Source of the DNA: a virus
IMG/VR virus record: IMGVR_UViG_3300028800_000012
Span: 1-64,000 of that record
Direction: 5' to 3' (one strand)
Length of the DNA: 64,000 nt
In this document: one piece after another, positions 44,087-54,384 of the stretch
Position numbering within the stretch: the stretch's first letter is position 1
Layout of the letters: each line of letters begins with the position of its first letter
Notes under the pieces: generated by a model
What the model was told of the DNA's origin: nothing
The model's input: only the letters and a program-made list of their open reading frames with translations
The model's database searches: none
Position numbers and translations under genes: made by a program

Positions 44087-47000
44087 GAGAATAGCTCCGG
44101 CGCCTCATCAACAAAAATCATGTCGGCTGTCATGTCCACGTTAGGCGTGATGCTGTAAACGATGAGGCGTTTGTATTCGCTGCCGATCCGGCCGAGCGTG
44201 CAGAGGCACCCAACGTCGATTTGCGACGCGCCCGGATCGGCAAATGGCGTCGCAAATGTGATTGCAGTCGTTTCGCCGTCCGATGTGGACGTGATCTGTT
44301 TTGTGATGATGCCGTTGCCGCCCTTCATCCGAATCGCAATGCCGGTGACGGCTCCGAAATCTGCAATATCTCCCGCGACGGAAAGATCGGCCGAATCCTT
44401 GATGTCCGTCCCTGTGGTAACAGGGACTGTCCCGTCGAGCGTCAAACCTGTAATGTTTCCGCCGCTGCGGCTGATCGATTGGATACGCGAGAACCCGGCA
44501 TACCGGTCGATAATATCGTATTGGACGCCGACTAAATCCCCGCGTTGACAGACAATCGACTCCAGATCGGCCTTACCCTTGTAGAACGTCATCCTCACTT
44601 TCGACTGCAGAAGATCGAAAGCCGCGCGCGCGCGGACATCGGCCTCATCAACAAGGCCGTCATATTGTATTTGATCGAGACGGGACGAGTCTGGGTTCGC
44701 GGGATCGGCGTAGACAATTGTCTCGTCAGATTGATAGTTGTTAGCCGAATTGATAAACCCAGCGCGGATGCCGGTCGATGGGCGTGCGAATGCACGGGTA
44801 AACGAAAACCCGTTCATATTGCGCGGCGTAAATATTTGGACGGGGGAGTCGCCGGAGCGATCCCTGTCGAGAATCACGCCCCATTTCTCATTGTGCGACA
44901 GCCGCGCGTACCCCGATGCCGCGACCATCGTGGCGACATCGATATAGGTCTTTCCTTCGACGACCGCGTCGCAGGTATATCCTTGCGCGGCGCAATGCGA
45001 CCGGAAGGCAACGAGAGAGGCGCTATCGACAATGTCAACTGGCAGTGGCAAGCCGCCCTGCGTGCCGGTCAGAACGTCCCATAAATGAGGCGCCGGGTTC
45101 GACGTTGTCGTCAGTGTATTCCACCCGGTGCCGTCCCAGTCGTTTACGTACCCGGATGCTAGAATCGATACTTGGTCGATTGCCCGGTTAGTAACCTTGA
45201 GCGCGACTGTTGCAAATTTGTCGGGATAGGGGACAGGATGTTCGTTCCAGATCGACGAAAACCTGACGATCTGCGCCGTATCCTGAATATTGTTCTGATT
45301 GTAGAGCGTTTGTGCCGGGCTAGTGATATAGCCGAACAGATCGTAGATGACATTCGCCGTCGTATAGTCTCTCAGCGAAAAGTCCCCGGCCCGGACAGAC
45401 TGCCCGCGCATAACCTGTATTTCCCAACTTCCCTTGGGAAATTTAACATTGTCGTTTAGATAGAATACGGCCTTGTCTGCGAAGAGATCGACATTCTGAA
45501 TCCCAGTCGTTGACGACACGTTGCCGGAATATAGATAGGCGTCGTTTGCCGAAGAAAATACGACTTGTGAGATGCAGACTGTGTGAGACGAAACGTCTCC
45601 TGCAGATTCTACCAAAACAACCCGATGATAGGCGTAACTCTCACCTACAGTTTGCGGGATTGAGATCGTGCGATGCTGCGAATTCGACGATGTGAATGGA
45701 CCATCTGTTGCCAGTGTCGTCCATGACGATCCGTCATTCGACCCTTGCACACTCAAAGTTATGTTTTTATTAGCTGAATTTGTAAACGCTGCATCGCTCG
45801 ATGCATAAACATCAACTTTCAAAAGGCTCGTAAGATCGTTCCACTGCTTCCCGACGGTTGCTGTAATAGACCCGGTACCGGCCAAACTTGCGCAATTCGC
45901 CAGCAGCTGTGTATTTGTGCCGTTGAACGCGGCGGCGAGATTGCCGCCCCCAGTCAATGTGCCAATGGCCGTACCGGTCGCGCCAGATACAGTCGATCCT
46001 GCCCCGGAAGAATAGAAATAAGCGTCGGATTCCCATCCGCCGATGCCGGCCGGGGCATGCACTTGCGGCGGAACATAGCTGTAGGCATAAACAGGGCCGC
46101 CTTGATCCGGCATGACATTGCGTGTGGCGGGCGGCGCCTGCCACAGCATCTTGATCATGAAATTGATCTGCTTTAGCGAATAGTTGACGGCCTGCAATTC
46201 CGGCAGATTGATCCAGTTGGCCGCCCCGACCTGCCGCATTCTCACGCGAAACGGGATCAGCATGGCGTGCCCGGACGAATCCACGCATCCGGTCGGCAGT
46301 GAAATCGTGAGCCACGCTTCGTCCGGCGATGCTCGCGTGGTCATCCCGTGCCACTGCGGGCAAGATAGCGGCGGGTTCGATTGATTGAGCAAATTGATCC
46401 CGCCGCCGCCGGTCGAATTGTCGACGGCATGCTTCGTTAGTTCAAAATTAATGCCTGGGTCAGTATAACTCTGCCGTGTGACGAGCGCCGCCTGCGGAGA
46501 ATTTGGCAATCCTTCCTGCAATTCTATCTGCAGATCGGGGATTGACGCGGCCGTCGTATTCCCGACCATCAGGTCGGAGAGCAAATGCGGCCCCGACAGG
46601 CCGTAAATGGCTTCTGCTTGCCAATCGTCGCCGACGAGCTCGGTTAGCGGCGGCGAAATGATCGGGGGGAAGACGCGCATCGTCCCGACTACGCGCGGGA
46701 TCGGGTTGCCCTTGCTGAGAATGTTTCCGGAAAGAGATGCGGCGGGCTTATTGACGCCCTGATCGGGCGGCGCGCCCTGATTCGTCGAAAGAGATGGCGG
46801 CGGGACAAGCGCGGATATTGCAAGTGCGCCGCCAATGCCGATGGCCGCGCCAAGCACAGAAGCGCCGACCGTACCGGCGGCGAAGGACGATCCTAAAAGC
46901 GGAGCTGCGGCGCCCCCCGTCACCGCCGCCGCGACGAGCATTACAGCGATCATCGCGATGGTGGCGAATGTGTTCTTGTGGCCGCCACCACCGCCACCGC

Positions 47001-47265
47001 CACTCCTGACCGGTAGCGCGAAGGTCACCACCACATCGCGGCCGGGATCGGCCTTAAGCCGTACGCGCGACCACATCTCGCGCGGAATCACTTGGTCATT
47101 GATGCGCGCGACACACCGTTCGGCGAACTTTGGCGGCAGATCGGTCTGTGCCGCGAAAATCTGTTCGATGGTCTGCCCAGCTCTGCCCACCGGCAGAATC
47201 CGGACACGCCCGTCGAATGGCCGTTCCTTTAGAACGACCAACGGATGCCGTAGCGGTGCTGTCAT
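44083..47265 (-). CDS. gpJ-like tail tip/host specificity protein
   Basis: 1060 aa, MTAPLRHPLVVLKERPFDGRVRILPVGRAGQTIEQI..., position in tail module. Confidence 0.8.
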   Translation of the reverse strand: MTAPLRHPLVVLKERPFDGRVRILPVGRAGQTIEQIFAAQTDLPPKFAERCVARINDQVIPREMWSRVRLKADPGRDVVVTFALPVRSGGGGGGGHKNTFATIAMIAVMLVAAAVTGGAAAPLLGSSFAAGTVGASVLGAAIGIGGALAISALVPPPSLSTNQGAPPDQGVNKPAASLSGNILSKGNPIPRVVGTMRVFPPIISPPLTELVGDDWQAEAIYGLSGPHLLSDLMVGNTTAASIPDLQIELQEGLPNSPQAALVTRQSYTDPGINFELTKHAVDNSTGGGGINLLNQSNPPLSCPQWHGMTTRASPDEAWLTISLPTGCVDSSGHAMLIPFRVRMRQVGAANWINLPELQAVNYSLKQINFMIKMLWQAPPATRNVMPDQGGPVYAYSYVPPQVHAPAGIGGWESDAYFYSSGAGSTVSGATGTAIGTLTGGGNLAAAFNGTNTQLLANCASLAGTGSITATVGKQWNDLTSLLKVDVYASSDAAFTNSANKNITLSVQGSNDGSSWTTLATDGPFTSSNSQHRTISIPQTVGESYAYHRVVLVESAGDVSSHTVCISQVVFSSANDAYLYSGNVSSTTGIQNVDLFADKAVFYLNDNVKFPKGSWEIQVMRGQSVRAGDFSLRDYTTANVIYDLFGYITSPAQTLYNQNNIQDTAQIVRFSSIWNEHPVPYPDKFATVALKVTNRAIDQVSILASGYVNDWDGTGWNTLTTTSNPAPHLWDVLTGTQGGLPLPVDIVDSASLVAFRSHCAAQGYTCDAVVEGKTYIDVATMVAASGYARLSHNEKWGVILDRDRSGDSPVQIFTPRNMNGFSFTRAFARPSTGIRAGFINSANNYQSDETIVYADPANPDSSRLDQIQYDGLVDEADVRARAAFDLLQSKVRMTFYKGKADLESIVCQRGDLVGVQYDIIDRYAGFSRIQSISRSGGNITGLTLDGTVPVTTGTDIKDSADLSVAGDIADFGAVTGIAIRMKGGNGIITKQITSTSDGETTAITFATPFADPGASQIDVGCLCTLGRIGSEYKRLIVYSITPNVDMTADMIFVDEAPELFS

Positions 47266-47266
47266 G

Positions 47267-47671
47267 TCAGACTAAGGAGACGTGCCGATAAAAACCGAGA
47301 AGATTAAACCGCAGCCGGGAATGATCGATCGGCATCACAACTGCGCTGGTCGCTTTCCAAATGTGCAAAAGCGCATCCGATGAAACCATGATGCCAGCGT
47401 GCAGCGGGTTCCCCCGCAAAAGAGCCACATCGAAGCGGCGTTTTTCACCGATCACGCGCGACCACGGATATGACGCCCGCTCCTGTGCAAAGCGTGCGTT
47501 GGCCAGATCGATGTCTTTGGCGGAGATTTCAGCGTATGTCGGAACATCGACTTGCGCCTGTTCTTTCAGAACAAGGTACACCAAGCCCCAACAATTGCAG
47601 GCGTCGAGCGAATGTCCATCATCGGCGTAAGGGACGCCGACGTAACGCGAGGCCCACTCAGGGATGATCAT
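47267..47671 (-). CDS. NlpC/P60-like tail assembly peptidase (gpK-like)
   Basis: YVGVPYADDGHSLDACNCWGLV...HAGIMV. Confidence 0.85.
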   Translation of the reverse strand: MIIPEWASRYVGVPYADDGHSLDACNCWGLVYLVLKEQAQVDVPTYAEISAKDIDLANARFAQERASYPWSRVIGEKRRFDVALLRGNPLHAGIMVSSDALLHIWKATSAVVMPIDHSRLRFNLLGFYRHVSLV

Positions 47672-48171
47672 CGGAACAGCGCCGGCAGATAATCCGGGGT
47701 GGCCCTGATCTTAGGCCACGGCTCCGTCGTCACGTCGTAGCTCACGATGTCCGCCGTCAATTGCCAGGCATCGCAGGAGACGTTGCGGAGATAGAGATAG
47801 TCGGCTTCATATTCGATTGTCGGCGTACCTACCGGCTGGCGCGGGTTGGAATCGTCGAAATCCGACCGCGCCATCACCTGAATGGAAAACCTCGGCGCGT
47901 CCGAGATTGCCAACACGGTTTCGCCGATGATCCGGTCAACGTTGGGAACGGTGAACTTGGCTTGTGGCGGGTTTTCATCGTCAGTCAGCAGCGGCATGCC
48001 GCAACCAGTGCCCTTGAATGTATTGCCGCCGTAGACATAATCGACAATGTCGGAGTTGAAGTAGAGCGGCGTCTCTAGGTCCGGATGCGTGATCGTGAAG
48101 AACCAGACGGCAACATCGCCGCCATTGGTCGATTCAACATCGTCGCGGAAATCCGCGCTGATCGTTCGCAT
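47668..48171 (-). CDS. DUF1833/DUF2163-like tail protein
   Basis: MRTISADFRDDVESTNGGDVAVWFFTITHPDLETPLYFNSD... Confidence 0.65.
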   Translation of the reverse strand: MRTISADFRDDVESTNGGDVAVWFFTITHPDLETPLYFNSDIVDYVYGGNTFKGTGCGMPLLTDDENPPQAKFTVPNVDRIIGETVLAISDAPRFSIQVMARSDFDDSNPRQPVGTPTIEYEADYLYLRNVSCDAWQLTADIVSYDVTTEPWPKIRATPDYLPALFR

Positions 48172-48238
48172 GGATGAGGGGGTCGCGGTTTTCCGGTATC
48201 GGCGCTATAAGCGGGGATAACTGGGGGCGGCGGTTTCG

Positions 48239-49267
48239 ATGCGCAAAGGCTATCGTCCAGAACTCGAAGGGCTCAGAGGTGTGCTTGCCGCATGGGTGAT
48301 GCTGTACCATGCGGCCATCTTTGGCGGCTTCTGGAAGAATGTACCAAGTGGCGTTGCCGCTCTGATGGATGGGGCGCGCGCCGTCGAGGTGTTTATGGTC
48401 CTTAGCGGATTCGTGATTGCGGGACTTATTTGGCGTGAACGGGAAGGATATAGCGTTTTTCTATTTCGCCGCTTTTTGAGGCTGTACCCTATTTATCTGA
48501 TCTGCATTGTAGTAGCGGCATTGGAAATCAAATTTGGCATCGTCGCGCCGCACTTTGATCTCTCCAAATGGCCGGAGCATTTATTAGCGCACATTCTCAT
48601 GCTGCACGGCGCTATCTCCACTTCCGTTCTCCCTGGAAGCGCCGGAGCAATTCTAAATCCGGCATGGTCGATATCTCTTGAATGGCAGTTCTACATTATC
48701 GCGCCAATTCTATTGTACCTGAGAGGACCTGCCGGGCTAGTACTTGCTTCAACCGTCGCTGTCGTTCTACTGCGCCTTGTCGCGCCGCACCTAAACGGTT
48801 TCACCGGCGCATTTCTCCCGTTAAATATACAGTTCTTCTGGATCGGCATAATCACCTATGCGGCGCTGGAACGTAGCAAGATCGAGCCAATGACTGTCAT
48901 TTTCCTGACTGCGCTCTGTCTTTTGTTCCTGCCCGTGATCGTCGCCGTGCCGATTGTTCTCTGGGTGGCTGCGATCTCCCCGGGGCCGGCGTCCCGCATG
49001 CTTACGAGCCATATCCTGCTTTCGCTCGGTCGCTGGTCACTTCCCATCTATCTCGCGCACGAGCCCATCATTGTCGCTGTACGATCGATGCTGCCAACGC
49101 TCGGTCCTCTAAAGGACACCTTGCTGATAGTAGGCATCGCCGGCACTCTGACGGTACTGGTGGCGGCGGTGCTGCACAGATATGTCGAGGCGCCGTTCAT
49201 CGTCCTCGGTAAGCGCCTCAAGAGCAGAACATCTAGTGAATCCACACCAAACCAAGTTCTGTCATAA
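48239..49267 (+). CDS. Acyltransferase family 3 (OafA-like) membrane protein
   Basis: YRPELEGLRGVLAAWVMLYHA...FFVLSGF-type VFMVLSGFVIAGLI...RRFLRLYPIYL; multiple TMs. Confidence 0.9.
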   Translation: MRKGYRPELEGLRGVLAAWVMLYHAAIFGGFWKNVPSGVAALMDGARAVEVFMVLSGFVIAGLIWREREGYSVFLFRRFLRLYPIYLICIVVAALEIKFGIVAPHFDLSKWPEHLLAHILMLHGAISTSVLPGSAGAILNPAWSISLEWQFYIIAPILLYLRGPAGLVLASTVAVVLLRLVAPHLNGFTGAFLPLNIQFFWIGIITYAALERSKIEPMTVIFLTALCLLFLPVIVAVPIVLWVAAISPGPASRMLTSHILLSLGRWSLPIYLAHEPIIVAVRSMLPTLGPLKDTLLIVGIAGTLTVLVAAVLHRYVEAPFIVLGKRLKSRTSSESTPNQVLS

Positions 49268-49622
49268 TGTCATTGACGTGGCTGGACGGGTTCACTGCGC
49301 CAGTCTTCACCGAAACACGGGATAGCGCCGCCGCAGCCGTCTGCGCCGCCGCTTGTGTAATGTTGTAGCCGGTCAAATCTAGCCCGCTTGGGAGTGTTCC
49401 GACTCCGAGCGGCGTCGGCATAGCCGCAAGTTCCGCCGCCGAGGCGTTGTTGCGATAGATGTGACAGAACCAATGCGTCGGCGGAGCTTGGCCGCTCGCG
49501 GAGGCCGGCTGCGCCAGATTTTCACTTCCGGGATCATCGCCGAAATATGCGGCCAGCATTGCGTTGGCGTCCGCCTTGGATGCACCCGGAACAACAATTA
49601 CGACGGAATGATCATTCGCCAT
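49233..49622 (-). CDS. Hypothetical tail-region protein
   Basis: 129 aa; 35-nt tail-to-tail overlap with acyltransferase. Confidence 0.6.
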   Translation of the reverse strand: MANDHSVVIVVPGASKADANAMLAAYFGDDPGSENLAQPASASGQAPPTHWFCHIYRNNASAAELAAMPTPLGVGTLPSGLDLTGYNITQAAAQTAAAALSRVSVKTGAVNPSSHVNDIMTELGLVWIH

Positions 49623-49634
49623 TTGTGACCTTTC

Positions 49635-50397
49635 TTAGAGTGACAGGCCGGCAAGAGCGCCGAAATATGTGCGACAATTCGCGATTTCCTGCGAGGTCAG
49701 GATGCGGCTGATCATAACCCCGCCAAACCACCAGATATTCGCCGCGCTAGTCCCGCCCGTATCTGATGCACCCACGGTAAGGCCGTCTGCAGTTGCCGTG
49801 CCGGTGTTACCCGTAGTGTAGGAGTTGTTGTCAATGGCGGCCTGCGACGAAACGCCGTTCCATAGTTCCGTAAGAACATGATTGGCACCAATTGTCATAT
49901 CTGGATTAGTGAGGAGCCCAGAGCCGGAATAGAACGTAAGTCTCGGAGTTGTTCCGTTCTGATAAACACGCGCTTTATTGGTGCTAACGCCATCCCATAT
50001 TGAATGACCTATTGTCCAACTCACTTGCTGGCCGATCATGATACGTGTGAACGTTGCACCCATCGTAAACGCAGCACCGATGCCGTCATCCGCACCGTCA
50101 AATATGATATATTTTAACCCACCAGAGACAGTGTAAATCCCCTTGCGCGCACTGGTACCTTGAACAAGGGCGTTTGAATTTGTCTTCCCGACAATGCGCC
50201 CGACCGGATCGCCGCTCGCCGCAACCGGCGTCGCGCCTGCGCTGTCCTGGAACAACGTGGAAATATCGGCAACGCTCCACCAATCTCCCGTCTCGCCGCC
50301 ACCGAACAATTGGCCTGGATTGAACGGCTGCGGAGCGTTCGTGGCCGGATTGCCGAATACGGCCGGCGCGTAAATTGTGCCAGGAATTATAATCATT
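49635..50397 (-). CDS. Lectin/LamG-like tail protein
   Basis: YTVSGGLKYIIFDGADDGIGA...SRILTSQEIANCRTYFGALAGLSL. Confidence 0.6.
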
Positions 50398-50815
50398 AAG
50401 TGAACGTCCCGACCGCGACCACAGACACATTCGCGCCGGTCGTGACCTTCCACGCGCCGGACACGCTTTTCATGCCGAGCGGAATGAAGAACGGGACAAG
50501 ATTTGAAACGGAAGACGCGCCGCCGGTAAAAATAGTAATCGACGTTGCGTTATCGAGGATGATCACGTTGCCGGGCGATGTCGTCGCCGGGACAACAAGT
50601 ACGCCGGCAATATAATCTCCAGCCGCGCCGGTTGACCCGAGTACTTGCGCCGTCTGCGATGCCGCGACGGTTTCATATTTGGCCTGCGGGTCTGGATCGA
50701 ATGCGTGGATGAACTCATAGCCGGACCCTCCGGCACCGTCCTTATCCCAGAGACGTGTATTAAAAGACGTTCCGGTGCCGTCCAAGACGGCTTTGGTCGT
50801 GGCAGAGCCAGCCAT
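50396..50815 (-). CDS. Hypothetical tail-region protein
   Basis: 139 aa, overlaps next gene. Confidence 0.6.
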   Translation of the reverse strand: MAGSATTKAVLDGTGTSFNTRLWDKDGAGGSGYEFIHAFDPDPQAKYETVAASQTAQVLGSTGAAGDYIAGVLVVPATTSPGNVIILDNATSITIFTGGASSVSNLVPFFIPLGMKSVSGAWKVTTGANVSVVAVGTFT

Positions 50816-51235
50816 TTACAGTGCTCCGAGATATTGGGAATTTGTCGATTTGTTGAATTTGAGTGCCGGCGGCGCGGTGCCGCCGGAGATCAGCCGCAAC
50901 GCAATCTGTGCGCCGTAAATGATGCCGTCTACGCTGTTGAGCTTCGGCGGCGCGGTGAACATCCAAGTGCCGTTGCCGCCGGTTCGCTGATGCGTCACGG
51001 TGAACTGCTGTGTTCCATCAAGCAGTGTTGTCGAATAGAACGTCAGCAGCGCGTCCCATTCGTCGGACGTGTAAAGTCCGTTATAAGAGATGAGCTTTGT
51101 CGGCAGGGACGTGCGGCGGCGCAGTTTTTCCGGACCAACATCAGGCTGGAACTTGGCGACGTTATTTTCCGGTTCTTCGCTGTATCCTTGCTGCAGCCAA
51201 TTGGTATTGACCGCCGCCGGCCACGCCGCCGTCAT
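50816..51235 (-). CDS. Tail protein (tape-measure adjacent), C-term SQYLGAL
   Basis: WPAAVNTNWLQQGYSEEPENNV... Confidence 0.65.
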   Translation of the reverse strand: MTAAWPAAVNTNWLQQGYSEEPENNVAKFQPDVGPEKLRRRTSLPTKLISYNGLYTSDEWDALLTFYSTTLLDGTQQFTVTHQRTGGNGTWMFTAPPKLNSVDGIIYGAQIALRLISGGTAPPALKFNKSTNSQYLGAL

Positions 51236-51263
51236 CGTCTTTCAGTCCTTGCGATGGGAGAGA

Positions 51264-53549
51264 TCAGCGCGGTCGGGGCCGCAGTGGAACGCCGTAACGG
51301 CCGCGCATGATGGAATCGGCACCGCCGCTGGCTAGATGCTCATTGGTAGCGTCTTTGGCCTCGGATCGGATGAGGGCGCGGAAATCTATGCCGCCCTGTG
51401 CATTCGGCTGCTGCGATTTTTCGACGCTCGACCCCGGCGGGGCTTCGACGATGAAGTTATTCGTCACGCCGCCACCGGCATTGCCGCCGCCTTTCCAGTA
51501 GGACGACGGGGGACGTATGACATTGCCGGAGCGGTCAAACCCGCCGCCATCGGCAAAGCCGGGAATGCCCATGCGGCGTGACTGCGAATTGGAATAGACC
51601 GTCACGCCACCGCCGGGATGCGTTTGCAGCAGTTCAGGACCATTCTCGCCGACAACTGCAATTCTTCCCGGCCCGAACGATCCGCCCGTAGCGGCATGGC
51701 CGACGAACAGGCTTGCAAAGATACTCGTGATGCCGCCAGTTCCGCCGCCGGGGAACGCTGCCGCCCACAGGTTGTTCAGGATCATGTCCAGCAGTTTGGA
51801 CTCGATCTTGTTCAGGGCATTCTGCGCGGCATTGCCGAAAGATTCCCACGCCGATTTGCCCTGCTGCAGGCCGGAGAGCGTGTCTTGGAAAAGGCCGCGC
51901 GTTGTGTCGAAGGCGAACTTGGTGTCTTCAGCTTTCTGCGCGGCCTTACCAAGTGCATCGGCTTCCGCCGTAATGAGTGCGATACTCTGCGGGGTAAGCG
52001 TATTCCCGAGCCGGCGCTGTTCGTTTATCTTGTTCTGGATCGCAGCGTACTTGACCGCCTCGCCGGTTGACATGCCGACCGTGTCCGCCTCGACCTTGTA
52101 CGCATCGGCGGACGCGCGGATTTGATTAATGCCGAGGGCTTCGTTCCGCGTATATTCAAGGATGCGGTCGGCGGCTGATTTTGTAATTCCCACGCCGGCA
52201 AGACGCGCCTGCTGGATAGCAATTTCCTTGGCGCGGACCTGGTCTTCCACCGTGGCTAGCTGCCCCATGATGGAGATGCGCTGCAATTCCATTTGCTGAT
52301 CATGGACTGCGTCTTGCGGGTTGACTGTGGTTTTGCCGCTGGTTGAAATTCCGGCCTTTCTATTCAGCGCGCCAGACAGCGACTTTTCCGAATAGTCAGA
52401 AATTAACTGAGTGGCAGAATTGAAGCGAGCGTCGAATGTCTTGCTCTGCTCGTCCATGGCGGCGATGGCCGCAGTCCCGGCCGCCAGTCCGGCGGCGATA
52501 ACCGGATGACCCGTAGCAAGCGCGATAGCCGCCGCACCACCCGCCAATATGGCAAAGTCGTTTTTGTGCGCCATCAGGAAGTCGACAACCTCGATAATTG
52601 CCGCCTTCCCCTCATTCTTCCAATCCTGCCAGACGCGCGCCCAAGCCGTGTCAAAGTCGCGCGCTTTGGCGATCATTTCCTGTTCGGCGATGCTGCCAAA
52701 GTTATTAGCTTGCTGCGCCGCCTGCATAATTGAGGCGCCGCCTTGGCTAAGAAATTGCACCCATTTCTGCGTCGCCGGCAGACCAGCCAGAGCAATGATG
52801 CGGTACTTTTCCTGCTGATTTGCCGCGTTGGCGACGAGATCGGCAGTACGAGCAAGATTTACGTTAAGGTCGCGAGAGACGGCAACGCCGTTAGCCCGGA
52901 ACAGTTCGGCGAGAGAGCCGACGTGATGTTCTGCCTCGATAGCCAGCGAGCCGAATTTTTCCATTGCGGAGAGGAAATCGTCTTGTCCGATCCCGCCGCC
53001 TTTCAGGAGCGCCGCAGACTGCAGACCATGCAAAGATTGCAGCGTCCCGCCGATCTTGTCCTGTAGGTCGGCGAATTTTACTTCAGTCGTCTTGATCGAC
53101 TCGTAAATGAGGTAGAACGCGCCAGCGACAGCCGCCGCACCGCCGACCAACATCCGCATCGGCGTCAGCATCGACGTGAACATGCCGAGCGCGCCTTGGA
53201 ATGCGCCAACGAGTCCGCCCGGCCCGCTTGCCGCATAGGACAAGTGGTTGAGCTGCATCGCCAGCATCTGTGCCGGCGGAATGCCCATTGCGATGCCTTC
53301 CGCCATCGACCGCGCCGCATGGAAGGCCGCCATGGCCTGCGTATTGAAGCCGCCGTGGGCATTGGCGGCATCGTTCACGGCTTTTGCATATATGCCGGTC
53401 GCCGTGGCGTTGGACTTCGCTTGCTCCGTTCCTTGCGCAACGGATGCGCCGGCCGCCTTAGCCTTCGCGCCGAACTGGTCGAGTGCCGCCGAACCTGCCG
53501 CAAGGCCGGACGTGTCGACCTTGAAGCCGAGCGTTGCGAGATCGGTCAT
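51264..53549 (-). CDS. Tail tape measure protein
   Basis: 761 aa, LGFKVDTSGLAAGSAALDQFGAKAK..., hydrophobic centre, C-term GGVTVYSNSQSRRMGIPGFADGG. Confidence 0.88.
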   Translation of the reverse strand: MTDLATLGFKVDTSGLAAGSAALDQFGAKAKAAGASVAQGTEQAKSNATATGIYAKAVNDAANAHGGFNTQAMAAFHAARSMAEGIAMGIPPAQMLAMQLNHLSYAASGPGGLVGAFQGALGMFTSMLTPMRMLVGGAAAVAGAFYLIYESIKTTEVKFADLQDKIGGTLQSLHGLQSAALLKGGGIGQDDFLSAMEKFGSLAIEAEHHVGSLAELFRANGVAVSRDLNVNLARTADLVANAANQQEKYRIIALAGLPATQKWVQFLSQGGASIMQAAQQANNFGSIAEQEMIAKARDFDTAWARVWQDWKNEGKAAIIEVVDFLMAHKNDFAILAGGAAAIALATGHPVIAAGLAAGTAAIAAMDEQSKTFDARFNSATQLISDYSEKSLSGALNRKAGISTSGKTTVNPQDAVHDQQMELQRISIMGQLATVEDQVRAKEIAIQQARLAGVGITKSAADRILEYTRNEALGINQIRASADAYKVEADTVGMSTGEAVKYAAIQNKINEQRRLGNTLTPQSIALITAEADALGKAAQKAEDTKFAFDTTRGLFQDTLSGLQQGKSAWESFGNAAQNALNKIESKLLDMILNNLWAAAFPGGGTGGITSIFASLFVGHAATGGSFGPGRIAVVGENGPELLQTHPGGGVTVYSNSQSRRMGIPGFADGGGFDRSGNVIRPPSSYWKGGGNAGGGVTNNFIVEAPPGSSVEKSQQPNAQGGIDFRALIRSEAKDATNEHLASGGADSIMRGRYGVPLRPRPR

Positions 53550-53941
53550 TGCTGAGGATTATCTTGCGGCGTGGTTTCTGCTGACAATTTAGCGGCGTGA
53601 GACAGGAATGCGGCGTCGACGGCCTTGATCGCGTGCACTTGCCACGGAGAGACAGGCAAGCCAGTGAGCCGCGACCATGCCTCTATTTCTGTGTAGGAGA
53701 TCGGCGCAGGTCCAAACCCGGTCCCGCCTCTTGCCTCGGACAGTTCGCAGAAGATTCCCCAGATGTGCCGCATATCGCGCGGCGGAGGTTCGGGGTGGAG
53801 ATCGGGAATTTCAATTCCCGTTTGTTCTTCTGCCGACAGAAGGTGTTCTCTGAGAGTCCCGCCAGTCGGCTGCGGGTCGGATAGCCTGAATTCCGCCTCG
53901 GCAAAGGCGACCAGTTCGGAAATCAGGCTTTCAAGAAATTT
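53546..53941 (-). CDS. Tail assembly chaperone T extension, expressed by -1 frameshift
   Basis: Open -1 frame KFLESLISELVAFAEAEFRLSDP...MRHIWGIFCEL... with no own start; slippery AAATTTC at 53941-53935. Confidence 0.8.
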   Translation of the reverse strand, partial: KFLESLISELVAFAEAEFRLSDPQPTGGTLREHLLSAEEQTGIEIPDLHPEPPPRDMRHIWGIFCELSEARGGTGFGPAPISYTEIEAWSRLTGLPVSPWQVHAIKAVDAAFLSHAAKLSAETTPQDNPQQ

Positions 53942-54324
53942 GCCCGGTTAGCGATCCACGCATCGGCCTGTTCGCGCATCCACGGGAACCGGATATAGGC
54001 AGCCTTCGCAGAGGCCGAAGTGAACTCCGGTTTGTCTCCGTCGATGGTCACGTTCCATCCAGTCGTGGCGTCGACGACGAGATCGACACCATCGGAATCG
54101 ATGGCTTCCGCCGTGATCTTTGTCCCTGGCGCCGCCGTCTGAATGCGGCGATTGACGCGCGCGTTCTGCGCCGCCTTGAAGCGCGGCGAATCCCGACCCA
54201 AGAGTGTGAGTGTCATTGGCGATTTATCGTCGTTCTCCAGCGGCTCGCCCGTGCCGGGATGCCGTAGCTGCATGACAGAGCCTTCGTCGCATGCTTTCGA
54301 CGTATCGAGACTGGACAGGTCCAT
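53923..54324 (-). CDS. Tail assembly chaperone (G-like)
   Basis: Position between tail tube and tape measure; frameshift architecture. Confidence 0.8.
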   Translation of the reverse strand: MDLSSLDTSKACDEGSVMQLRHPGTGEPLENDDKSPMTLTLLGRDSPRFKAAQNARVNRRIQTAAPGTKITAEAIDSDGVDLVVDATTGWNVTIDGDKPEFTSASAKAAYIRFPWMREQADAWIANRANFLKA

Positions 54325-54384
54325 GATCGGCCTTTGTTGCTATTGCTTGGGTAAAGTGCGGCGGCAGTATTTCCGCCGCTAGAA

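Noticed and set aside
53683-53904. 73-aa minus ORF MPRRNSGYPTRSRL...
   Set aside because: Third frame across the G/GT frameshift region; the -1 extension frame fits chaperone architecture.
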